Assembly (NCBI RefSeq): GCF_029232205.1
Contig: NZ_CP107255.1
Location: 390,001-422,000, forward strand
Length of the DNA: 32,000 nt
Source of the DNA: Candidatus Saccharimonadota bacterium
GTDB taxonomy: Archaea; Nanohalarchaeota; Nanosalinia; Nanosalinales; Nanosalinaceae
Reading direction: 5' to 3'
Shown in pieces: positions 1 to 7,455 of the stretch (its first letter is position 1; every line of letters begins with the position of its first letter). The notes under the pieces are model-generated. The model searched no databases. It was not told the origin of the DNA and saw only the letters and a program-made list of their open reading frames with translations. The translations under genes were made by a program, and so were the position numbers.

Positions 1-662
1 TATGCTTTGGACCAGTTCCAGTAGCTTGCTCTTCTGTCTCCTGTGTCAAACTTCACGCTTTCAAGTGCTCTATCGGCAGGAATAACTGCTTCTCCTACTA
101 TGAATGTTTCTGCAATTTTACCTTTTTTCTTTTTCACTATATCTCTTATAGGTGCGTCTACCGCCTCCTTGACTTGTTCTGGATAAGATTCTCTTGGCTG
201 ATGGACAATTGCATGTAGCAGGCCTTCCTTTAGATTGTTTCCATTCATTTCGTAGTCAAGAGTATTTTCGTTGTAGCTCCCGCCTGCAAGCCTTGCCATG
301 GCAGGCCCTTTCATGTATATACCTCCATCGGAAATATAGTTACCTCTGCTTGCTACACGGATAGCGCATTTAGATTGAACTGGTATTCCTTCAAAAACTC
401 CATCAGTTACCACGAGATCAACTTCACCATCATCTACTATTTCCATGTTGTAGGTATCCTGAAGATATTCTTCTCCCATTCTTCCTATGGCCTCGGTATG
501 CGGGGAAAAATCCATTCTATCAGAGACATCATTCTCTCTTTCTAGCTGTGTGTGGCCGGGATGCCATGTTCTGGAGCTACCTCCTAGCGCCTCAAAAATA
601 TCGTTAAATGTGAGGTTGTCTGCCTCTTCAGTTCTAAAGGATTTTTCTCTCACTTGGCTCAT
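1..662 (-). CDS. hypothetical protein; the gene start is in the window and the C-terminus runs off the left edge
   Basis: The minus-strand frame is open from the ATG at 662-660 (MSQVREKSFRTEEADNLTFNDIFEALGG...) to base 1 with no stop. It is absent from the ORF track because it is unterminated. The + ORF 487..684 is its antisense shadow. I recognise no family. Confidence 0.5.
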   Translation of the reverse strand, partial: MSQVREKSFRTEEADNLTFNDIFEALGGSSRTWHPGHTQLERENDVSDRMDFSPHTEAIGRMGEEYLQDTYNMEIVDDGEVDLVVTDGVFEGIPVQSKCAIRVASRGNYISDGGIYMKGPAMARLAGGSYNENTLDYEMNGNNLKEGLLHAIVHQPRESYPEQVKEAVDAPIRDIVKKKKGKIAETFIVGEAVIPADRALESVKFDTGDRRASYWNWSKA

Positions 663-706
663 TAAGACAGTTCTTTGGACCTAAAGATTAAGTTTCCGAA
701 CATAGA

Positions 707-1156
707 TTAGTAAATTTTCTCTTTTTCCAGGTACTCCTGCAAGTACATCATTGGAACTATATCGTAGCCTGCATCGCTGTGCCAGTCCATGTTGAGAAAT
801 TCTTCCCCGGTTACCCATTTGAACTCGCTGTGATGGCCTTTCTCTTTGATTTCAGGTTCGCCCTCGTATTCTTTGAAGTGGACGATGTAGCAGGATACAA
901 GGTGGTCGGATTCTACCTCTATCCTGACAACGTCTTCACCATCTGAAACATCAAGGCCTGTCTCCTCCCTGAGCTCTCTTTTAGCTGCCTCAAATCGGTC
1001 TTCTCCAACCTTTACACGGCCTCCAGGCAGCTCCCATTTCCCAGCTGTATCTTTATCTCTATCTTCGGATTCTCTGACCGCCAAGAATTTTCCTTCCTCG
1101 TTCTGGATCAGGGCCTTGCTGACCACTATTTTCTGGCCTGAAATATCATCTGTCAT
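707..1156 (-). CDS. NUDIX hydrolase
   Basis: Nudix box GGRVKVGEDRFEAAKRELREETGL. ATGA start/stop overlap with the upstream SDR gene. Confidence 0.85.
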   Translation of the reverse strand: MTDDISGQKIVVSKALIQNEEGKFLAVRESEDRDKDTAGKWELPGGRVKVGEDRFEAAKRELREETGLDVSDGEDVVRIEVESDHLVSCYIVHFKEYEGEPEIKEKGHHSEFKWVTGEEFLNMDWHSDAGYDIVPMMYLQEYLEKEKIY

Positions 1157-2079
1157 AGATCGTATTCCACACCTGTAAGTTCCTCTGAAAGATTCCAGAG
1201 ATCTTCTGCAAGCTCTTCATCTAAGGCCTTTTCTGAAGGATTTTGAACTTCTGGATATCCTCTGATAGATCTGAATCCTCCAGGCCCTACATATTCACCT
1301 CCTTCAATTTCTTCTGAGGTAGCTGCGTACAGCATTGGAAGACAGGCACTTTTTGGAGAATGTCCGAATACTTTGAGGCCTAGACTCATTAGCTTACTTA
1401 CTATAACGTTGTGCTGGCTTTCATCAGCGTTGAAAAGATTAGTTTTAGAGACTCCAGGATGGGAGACGACCGAGGTTATGTCAGTATTGTTTTCATCAAG
1501 TTTTCTGTCAAGCTCTTTTCCGAAAAGCACGTTGGCCAGCTTTGAATCCGAATAGGCCTGCCATCTATCGTATTCCTCTTCATGGTTTATGTCTTCAAGA
1601 TCTATGTCGCCGCTGGTATGTGCTATACTGCTCTGGGTCACTATTCTGGCCTCTCCATCACTTGCTTCCAGTTTTTCAAGTATCTGTCCTGTTAGTGCAA
1701 AGTGGCCGAAGTGGTTGACTCCTATCTGGTATTCTAGGCTGTCTTCAGTCTCTCTTCTTGGGATAGCCATTATTCCTGCGTTGTTGAACAGCATATCAAT
1801 TTTTTCGTATTCAGAGTTTACTTCTTCAGCAAATTCTTTTACAGAGTTGAGTGAGGCCAGGTCTACCTGCTTTACTTCGAGATCTGCGTTCTCTACTTCT
1901 TTCTCTATTTCTTCCTGTGCATCGAGGCCTTTTTCTCTTATTCTGCAGGCCATTATTACTTTTGCGTTGTGTTCTACCAGTTTTTTGGTGGCTTCGAATC
2001 CTATGCCTGAGTTTGCGCCTGTTACAAGTGCTGTTTTTCCTTCCATGTCCGGAAGGTTTTTGGCTGTCCAGTTGCTCAT
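1153..2079 (-). CDS. short-chain dehydrogenase/reductase (SDR) family oxidoreductase
   Basis: N-terminal Rossmann motif TGANSGIGFEATKKL. Catalytic YSDSKLAN (YxxxK). 308 aa. Confidence 0.85.
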   Translation of the reverse strand: MSNWTAKNLPDMEGKTALVTGANSGIGFEATKKLVEHNAKVIMACRIREKGLDAQEEIEKEVENADLEVKQVDLASLNSVKEFAEEVNSEYEKIDMLFNNAGIMAIPRRETEDSLEYQIGVNHFGHFALTGQILEKLEASDGEARIVTQSSIAHTSGDIDLEDINHEEEYDRWQAYSDSKLANVLFGKELDRKLDENNTDITSVVSHPGVSKTNLFNADESQHNVIVSKLMSLGLKVFGHSPKSACLPMLYAATSEEIEGGEYVGPGGFRSIRGYPEVQNPSEKALDEELAEDLWNLSEELTGVEYDL

Positions 2080-2104
2080 AACGATTTAATTGTTTGAGAA
2101 AAGT

Positions 2105-2353
2105 TTAATCTCTAGGGTAGATCTGTTCTCCTTCAAGTGTAATCTTTGAGTCCTCGTGCAGGTGCACTGCGAACTCATCGGTGAAAATTGCTGTAATCGA
2201 TGCATTTTTCATTTTCAGGCCTTCTTCTTTCTCCATTCTTTCCCGAAGTTCCTCCGGTCTCTCTACTTCCGCCAGGTCTTCGGTGTTGATATCTGTCTTG
2301 ATGAATACTATGTCGCTGTCTCCGCGGTCGAACACTATGTCGTCCTTATTCAT
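2105..2353 (-). CDS. small acidic hypothetical protein (82 aa)
   Basis: Its ATG overlaps the ABCE1 stop by 8 nt (ATGAATAAG). Acidic composition matches the neighbours. No recognisable motif. Confidence 0.5.
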   Translation of the reverse strand: MNKDDIVFDRGDSDIVFIKTDINTEDLAEVERPEELRERMEKEEGLKMKNASITAIFTDEFAVHLHEDSKITLEGEQIYPRD

Positions 2354-4157
2354 CTTTCTTCACTGCTCTCTGCTCGTAGAACTCGTCCTTCTTCCTTTGC
2401 TGCTTGTCTTTCTGACTCTCCGGTTTGTTGGCTCGAGGCCTTCCTGTTTCAGGGTCTTTTCTGAAGGTCAGGTCTACAAGTTTCAGGAACTTGTTCATGG
2501 CCTTTCCAATTTTAACTGGTTCTTCGGCGTATCCTTTAACCCCTGGTTCTCCTTCGAATACAAGGCCTCTGTCGGAGATGTAGTCTAATAGGATGAGGTC
2601 GTGGTCGATCACCATTACTGGTTTCTCGGTTTTCCGTGCGAACCTCTTGATTACTCTTCCCAGCTCCACTCTTGATTCGACGTCCAGGTAGGCTGATGGC
2701 TCGTCCAGTACGTATACATCTGCGTTCCGTGATAGGCAGATTGCTACTCCAACTTTCTGTAGCTCTCCTCCTGACAGGTCCTGAAGATTCTGTTCGTAAA
2801 GGTTATCTACTCCCAGTGGTTCAGCGATTCTGTTCTTGAATTTCTTGTTTTCTGGATTGACGTGCTGAGATATTGCGGCCTCTACATTGGCATCCTGGGC
2901 CTCTAGGTACTGTGGTTTGAAGGAAAGATCGACTTCAGGTGATTCTCCCTGATCTGGCTCAAGTGCACCGGCCAGCATCTTTGCGAATGTGGTCTTTCCC
3001 AGGCCGTTCTCTCCGAATATGCCCAGTACTTCTTCCTCATGTAGTATTCCTTTTTCCATTTCAAGTGAGAACTCTCCTTCTCCGAAACTTTTCGCTAGTT
3101 CCGGGTATTCGAATACTGAAGCCTTTTTCTCCACCTGGCTTCTTTTTGTCCGTTTGAAGTCGATGGATTCTCCTCTGATCTGCAGGTTGTGTGTTTTCAG
3201 GTATCCGTCGAGGTACTGATTGATTCCTTCACGAGTTGAGAATGCGTTGGATACCATTCCGTATGCGCCGGCCTCTCCGTGGAATACGTGTACTGCATCG
3301 GATACAAGGTCAAGTGTGGCCAGGTCGTGTTCTACTACCAGGACTGCTGCATTGTCTGAGAGAGATCTGATGGCCTCTCCAATATTCAGTCTTTGCTTGA
3401 CATCTAGGAAGGAGGATGGTTCGTCAAACATGTACAGGTCTGCGTCTTTGACCATTGTGGCTGCGATTGCAACTCTCTGTAGCTCTCCACCGGAAAGCTC
3501 GTCAAGTTTTCTATCCATCAAATGCTGGATATCAGTCTTCTCCGCAACTTCTTCTACTGAGTCTCTCTCATCTTCTTTTTCCAGTAAATCTTCAACTGTT
3601 CCCTCGTGAAACTCAGGTATTTTATCTACTTGCTGGGGTTTGAATGCAGAGGTTACTTCTCCTTCAGCAAGCTTGTTGAAATGATTCTGAAGGCCTGTTC
3701 CACGGTATTCCTTCTTGATCTTGCTCCATGAAGGCTCTTCGTCGAACTGGCCCAGGTTTGGTTTGATATCTCCTGAGAGAATTTTCAGGGCTGTGGATTT
3801 TCCGATTCCGTTTCTTCCGAGTATTCCTGTTACCCGACCTTCTTTTGGCTCTGGCAGGCCGTAAAGTCTGAATGAGTTTTCCCCGTACTGGTGGATTTTT
3901 TCCCCGAACTCTCTGTCCAGTCGGACCAGCTGGATTGCGCCATCGTATGGGTATTTGTTGATAGCCATTTTGTGGGCCTCCATGACGTTTTCGTTGTCGA
4001 TGTGGAGGTGGCCTTCTTCGTCGAGATGGAATCCGCCTTCTTTCCCTGACCTGTTCAGAGGGTCGTATTTGATTACTGTTTCTTTGGCCAGGTCTGGTTC
4101 TATTTTTTCCTGGTCGATTACTACGATGAAGTTCTTTGCGTTTTTTCCTGTGCTCAT
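2346..4157 (-). CDS. abce1: ABCE1/RLI ribosome-recycling ATPase with a cysteine-free N-terminal domain
   Basis: Twin ABC cassettes: Walker A GRNGIGKST and GENGLGKTT, signatures LSGGELQRV and LSGGELQKV, Walker B LYMFDEPSS and VYVLDEPSA. The ABCE1-type N-terminal ~80 aa domain is present but contains no Cys. TATA-like TTAATTAAAA lies at 4180-4189. Confidence 0.9.
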   Translation of the reverse strand: MSTGKNAKNFIVVIDQEKIEPDLAKETVIKYDPLNRSGKEGGFHLDEEGHLHIDNENVMEAHKMAINKYPYDGAIQLVRLDREFGEKIHQYGENSFRLYGLPEPKEGRVTGILGRNGIGKSTALKILSGDIKPNLGQFDEEPSWSKIKKEYRGTGLQNHFNKLAEGEVTSAFKPQQVDKIPEFHEGTVEDLLEKEDERDSVEEVAEKTDIQHLMDRKLDELSGGELQRVAIAATMVKDADLYMFDEPSSFLDVKQRLNIGEAIRSLSDNAAVLVVEHDLATLDLVSDAVHVFHGEAGAYGMVSNAFSTREGINQYLDGYLKTHNLQIRGESIDFKRTKRSQVEKKASVFEYPELAKSFGEGEFSLEMEKGILHEEEVLGIFGENGLGKTTFAKMLAGALEPDQGESPEVDLSFKPQYLEAQDANVEAAISQHVNPENKKFKNRIAEPLGVDNLYEQNLQDLSGGELQKVGVAICLSRNADVYVLDEPSAYLDVESRVELGRVIKRFARKTEKPVMVIDHDLILLDYISDRGLVFEGEPGVKGYAEEPVKIGKAMNKFLKLVDLTFRKDPETGRPRANKPESQKDKQQRKKDEFYEQRAVKKDE

Positions 4158-4246
4158 AGAGTTGGTTTAAACCGTGAAGTTAATTAAAACAATCCGTTTT
4201 GACTAGTCTCTGAGAAAAAATTAGGAAGAAAAATATGTGAGTGAGT

Positions 4247-4750
4247 TTACTCGAAGGAGAGTTCGTATTTCTCTCCTGTGATCTGTTCGATTAGGTCTTC
4301 GAACTCTGAGTTGGAGAGGTTGATCTTTCCTTCGTAGTCTTCGTCGACGACGATCTTCTTGTACTGGCCGTCAGGGCTGAATACTGTGTTGATGGATTCA
4401 ATTTCAGCTGGGCTGAGCAGGCCTTTGATGACTTCTTTGTCGTCCTGGCTTTTTTCGACTACTCGGATTGATTTTCCGATTTCTTCTGCGAGTTTCTTGA
4501 CGATGTCTCCACTTCTTCCAACTACTTTGGCTCCGTCTCCTTCTGCTGTGACTATTACTACGACGTTTGCTGTGTCGTATGCGTGTTTGATTTCTGAGTC
4601 TCTTAGTGAGCCGTATTCGTTGCTTAAGTCCTGTAGAGTTCTTGAAATTTCAATTTCGAGATCGGATATCTCACCGTTCTCGTATTTCTCCTTGCAACTG
4701 CTGCAGAGCACATCGCTCTTCAAGCAGACGTTACATATTGGTGCCTTCAT
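4247..4750 (-). CDS. zinc-ribbon plus KH-domain RNA-binding protein (NusA-like/KH family)
   Basis: N-terminal CNVC...CSSC zinc ribbon. KH GXXG loop VGRSGDIVKKLAEEIG. 167 aa. Confidence 0.6.
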   Translation of the reverse strand: MKAPICNVCLKSDVLCSSCKEKYENGEISDLEIEISRTLQDLSNEYGSLRDSEIKHAYDTANVVVIVTAEGDGAKVVGRSGDIVKKLAEEIGKSIRVVEKSQDDKEVIKGLLSPAEIESINTVFSPDGQYKKIVVDEDYEGKINLSNSEFEDLIEQITGEKYELSFE

Positions 4751-4827
4751 AATTAATGAAGGAGCAGTGAAAAATTAAATACCTGAGGCAGTATACCTAT
4801 TTTAAAACCAGTTTTCTTCCTTCGCTC

Positions 4828-5331
4828 TCAGAGTGTTGCAAGGCTTGTTCTCAGGGTTCTGGTTATCTCGTAAAGTGTAAGCACTGCTACAAGCACAAGA
4901 CTGTAGAAAAGACTGTAAGCAGCAACCGTTTGACCTAGAAGGCCTATTCCAATAACTAAAGTTCTCAGCTCGAATCCTGCATAAGGAGTGATCACTGTTT
5001 TGGAAACTGCCTCGGCCTCATCCCGAATTGTTTCGCCCAGGAAGATCAAAAGAAGTGTCGCCACTGCCAGCGGCTTGCTAACTGAAGGAGCAGTTACAGC
5101 GGTCAGCAGTAGAAGTGTTTCGATTGATTTCTGAGAGTAAACCAGTTTCAACTCATCAAGATCTGTGAGACTGGTTTTAGAACTCTCTCCTTCTGCGTAA
5201 CGGTAAGCTATCAGTGAGCCTACAGCTGTAAGGCCTGCGAGAACTGGCTGTTTGAATGCGAAAAATGCTACAGGAGTTAGAATAGCCAGTACAAGAGATG
5301 AGATTAGCAGGCCTTCGTTACGAGTATCCAT
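4828..5331 (-). CDS. hypothetical integral membrane protein
   Basis: 167 aa with about 5 hydrophobic segments. A TATA-like element lies about 23 nt upstream of the ATG. Confidence 0.6.
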   Translation of the reverse strand: MDTRNEGLLISSLVLAILTPVAFFAFKQPVLAGLTAVGSLIAYRYAEGESSKTSLTDLDELKLVYSQKSIETLLLLTAVTAPSVSKPLAVATLLLIFLGETIRDEAEAVSKTVITPYAGFELRTLVIGIGLLGQTVAAYSLFYSLVLVAVLTLYEITRTLRTSLATL

Positions 5332-5409
5332 AGAAACAGTATTTGAGGCCCAGTGTAAATAGTTTTTTGGTTTAGAGCTCTGAAAAAGAAAAATTTGAGT
5401 AATAAAGGA

Positions 5410-5485
5410 GAAGGCTAGGCCCTCAGACCGAACAAAAAGGGGGGGGGAGGGGTTTTTTGTTGTGGTCCGAGGGTGTGTTGCCTTC
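5410..5485. other. long imperfect hairpin A capped by a G9-A-G4 loop
   Basis: Arms 5420-5438 and 5454-5473 pair with one bulge, one mismatch and one G-T. Outer GAAGGC (5410-5415) pairs with GCCTTC (5480-5485). The loop is GGGGGGGGGAGGGG at 5439-5452. Confidence 0.5.
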
Positions 5486-5509
5486 GCCTGTTGAAATATA
5501 GGTTTTTAG

Positions 5510-5567
5510 GGAGGAAAGGCCTGATTCGAAGGGGGGGGAGGGGTTTTTCGAGTAGAGGCCTTCCTCC
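5510..5567. other. long imperfect hairpin B capped by a G8-A-G4 loop
   Basis: GGAGGAA (5510-5516) pairs with TTCCTCC (5561-5567). GGCC (5518-5521) pairs with GGCC (5557-5560). TTCGAA (5525-5530) pairs with TTCGAG (5547-5552). The loop is GGGGGGGGAGGGG at 5531-5543. Confidence 0.5.
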
Positions 5568-5606
5568 GTAATATTTTTTTGGTGAGGTCGTGAGACCTCC
5601 TTTCCG

Positions 5607-5644
5607 AAAATCAGAGATTTTTCTTTGAAGTGGTAGATCTCTGA
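5607..5644 (-). terminator. candidate ftsZ terminator hairpin followed by a U-run
   Basis: An 8-bp stem TCAGAGAT (5611-5618) / ATCTCTGA (5637-5644) begins 10 nt after the ftsZ stop. On the minus strand it is followed by TTTT (5610-5607). Confidence 0.4.
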
Positions 5645-5653
5645 TCTCCGGCT

Positions 5654-6733
5654 TTATTTCATGACTTCGAGGCCGAGGTCGTTTACGTCTCCTTTTACCT
5701 CGGTTTCTTCCTCTTCTTCGAGTTCTCCGAGGACGTAAGGTGATTTCACGCCTGTGATGATGGAGATGACTTGAAGCTTTCCTTTGAGGTCGTCTCTGAT
5801 TCTTGCACCCCAGATGACTTGTGCGGAGCGGTCGAGTTTTTCTGTGACTAGTTGTCCTACGTCGTTGATTTCGTTGAGTGTGAGGTCTTCGCCTCCTGCT
5901 ACATGCAGTAGTGCTCCGTTTGCTCCGTCGAACTCCACGTCGAGTAGCGGGTTGGATAGTGCTTCGTGGATTGCTTCCTTTCCTTTGTTGTTTGTGTCTG
6001 ACTCTCCGTATCCTACTACTGCTACTCCTCCTTCGTTCATCACTGCCTGGACGTCTGCGTAGTCAAGGTTGACTAGTGACGGCTTGGAGATTGTTTCTGT
6101 GATTCCCTTGATCATCGTGGTGATCAGTTCGTCGGCTACCCCGAATGCCTGATCGAGAGGCATATCGCCTGCAATATCAAGCAGTTTGTCGTTTTCAATT
6201 ACGATTGCTGTGTCTACGTGCTGTCTTAGTTTGTAGAGGCCGTCTTCTGCCTTGCTCATTCTTGCGCCTTCGATTGAGAATGGCATTGTGACGGTTCCTA
6301 TTACTATGCAGTCTTCTTTCTTTGCGATCTCTGCAAGAACTGGTGCTGCGCCTGTACCTGTTCCTCCTCCCATTCCTGCGGTGAGGAAGACCATGTCAGC
6401 TTCTTTGAATAGTGATCTTAGTTCGGCCCTGTTCTCTTCTGCTGAACGGGCGCCTTTTTCAGGTTTTCCGCCAGCTCCGAGTCCACGTGTTAGATCTTTT
6501 CCTACAAGTATTTTTCTATCTGCGGAGGCCATTTCTAGGTGCTGTTTGTCGGTGTTGATGGCAACTGTATCGGCTCCCTCTACTTCCTTGTTCTGGATTC
6601 GAGTTACCTGATTGTTGCCAGCTCCTCCTACTCCTACAACTAGAATTCTAGCATCTTTTACATCATCAAGATTTTCAGTGGCATTCTGGCCTTCATTCTG
6701 AGAGTCTGGCGTGTTGTCGATTATAGATTCCAT
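5654..6733 (-). CDS. ftsZ: cell division GTPase FtsZ
   Basis: GVGGAGNN and the tubulin signature GMGGGTGTGAAPV. 359 aa with an acidic C-terminal tail. Confidence 0.95.
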   Translation of the reverse strand: MESIIDNTPDSQNEGQNATENLDDVKDARILVVGVGGAGNNQVTRIQNKEVEGADTVAINTDKQHLEMASADRKILVGKDLTRGLGAGGKPEKGARSAEENRAELRSLFKEADMVFLTAGMGGGTGTGAAPVLAEIAKKEDCIVIGTVTMPFSIEGARMSKAEDGLYKLRQHVDTAIVIENDKLLDIAGDMPLDQAFGVADELITTMIKGITETISKPSLVNLDYADVQAVMNEGGVAVVGYGESDTNNKGKEAIHEALSNPLLDVEFDGANGALLHVAGGEDLTLNEINDVGQLVTEKLDRSAQVIWGARIRDDLKGKLQVISIITGVKSPYVLGELEEEEETEVKGDVNDLGLEVMK

Positions 6734-6769
6734 TGTGTTGACCCGCCCCCGGCAAGGATTAACCTAACC

Positions 6770-6777
6770 TTTTTAAA
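6770..6777 (-). promoter_or_regulatory. putative ftsZ TATA box
   Basis: The minus strand reads TTTAAAAA, 36-44 nt upstream of the ftsZ ATG. Confidence 0.4.
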
Positions 6778-6833
6778 GCGGCAAAGCTAATTCTACGATA
6801 GAACTAATTGAACAAAATTCCCAACTTATTTCG

Positions 6834-6957
6834 ATAATACGTTTCCCGACTTGAACTCCCAATTCAAGTCTGATTCAAGCTCGCTCCCAACGAGTTTGAA
6901 CCGATCGATCAAAGTTCGTGTCCCACCACGAACAGCGATCAAGTCTTATAATACGTT
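6834..6957. repeat. 10-nt direct repeat ATAATACGTT flanking the hairpin array
   Basis: Exact copies lie at 6834-6843 and 6948-6957. Confidence 0.6.
6849..6933 (+). other. array of three stem-loops with conserved C-rich loops (candidate structured RNA or protein-binding array)
   Basis: HP1 6849-6869 has stem ACTTGAA/TTCAAGT and loop CTCCCAA. HP2 6875-6899 has a 9-bp stem with one G-T and loop CTCCCAA. HP3 6914-6933 has stem GTTCGTG/CACGAAC and loop TCCCAC. The stems differ while the loops are conserved. Confidence 0.4.
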
Positions 6958-7097
6958 CTTTTCTAAGCTTGTTTATAAATCTTCGGCCGTTTTTGGGCAA
7001 TAACACTGTTCATTCTGTATCAACACCGATCGTTCACGACTGTTCATACTATCGCTAAACCTGCTACAGAAGGCCTAACTATTTTGAAAAAACAAAA

Positions 7098-7123
7098 CTC
7101 CACTGGAAACAAGGGTTGTGAGG
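7098..7123 (+). promoter_or_regulatory. ORB-like (origin recognition box-like) motif with a G-rich tail
   Basis: CTCCACTGGAAAC (7098-7110) followed by AAGGGTTGTGAGG. It resembles the archaeal Orc1/Cdc6 ORB core (TCCA-N-TGGAAAC plus a G-string) as I remember it. Only one copy is seen. Confidence 0.25.
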
Positions 7124-7169
7124 TGTAATGACAGTATTCTTCTAAAAGTTTCAGACACAGAAAGTAACT

Positions 7170-7448
7170 ATGGTTGACGTTGAAACTGTAAAGAAGGTCG
7201 CAAAGAACGCAAGGATCAAACTTGAGGAAGGAGAAGCAGAAGAATTCAAGGAGGACTTCGACAACATTCTAGAGAAATTCTCATCTCTTGACGAAGTAGA
7301 TACCGAAGATGTAGAACCTGCATTCCATCCAGTAGAAGTTGAATCAAAGACCAGGCCTGACGAAAAAGAAGAAACACTGGACAGAGAAGAAGTATTCCAG
7401 AACACTGACAACGAGGAAGAAGGATTCTTCAAAGGCCCAAGCGCATAA
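7170..7448 (+). CDS. gatC: Asp/Glu-tRNA amidotransferase subunit C
   Basis: 92 aa. Typical GatC N-terminus VKKVAKNARIKLEEGEAEEF and ...VEPAFHPV...R.DE. Confidence 0.85.
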   Translation: MVDVETVKKVAKNARIKLEEGEAEEFKEDFDNILEKFSSLDEVDTEDVEPAFHPVEVESKTRPDEKEETLDREEVFQNTDNEEEGFFKGPSA

Positions 7449-7455
7449 TAACACA

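Noticed and set aside
1589-2089. A 166-aa + strand ORF, and many similar track ORFs (e.g. 2181..2588+, 3220..3609+, 6252..6611+, 7151..7573-, 11816..12280-, 18215..18892-, 28477..28893+), as possible overlapping genes
   Set aside because: All lie antisense to, or out of frame within, strongly supported genes. They have S/L/F/C-rich low-complexity translations, the opposite of the acidic proteome. They are the expected shadow of GAA/GAG/GAT-rich coding DNA.
5509-5521. GGGAGGAAAGGCC resembling the RNase P RNA CR-I motif (GAGGAAAGUCC)
   Set aside because: There is one mismatch in the most conserved core. Only about 140 nt of non-coding DNA follows. I could find none of the other conserved regions (CR-II to CR-V). 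The segment is better explained as the 5' arm of hairpin B.
5439-5543. The repeated G-rich motif as a CRISPR-like array or tandem repeat
   Set aside because: There are only two copies, embedded in hairpin loops with non-repeated flanks. There is no repeat-spacer periodicity and no cas genes.
7339-7455. An upstream extension of the phosphoesterase ORF overlapping gatC
   Set aside because: The extension lies inside gatC in another frame. The conserved family N-terminus (MKIGIVSDTHD) starts at 7456.
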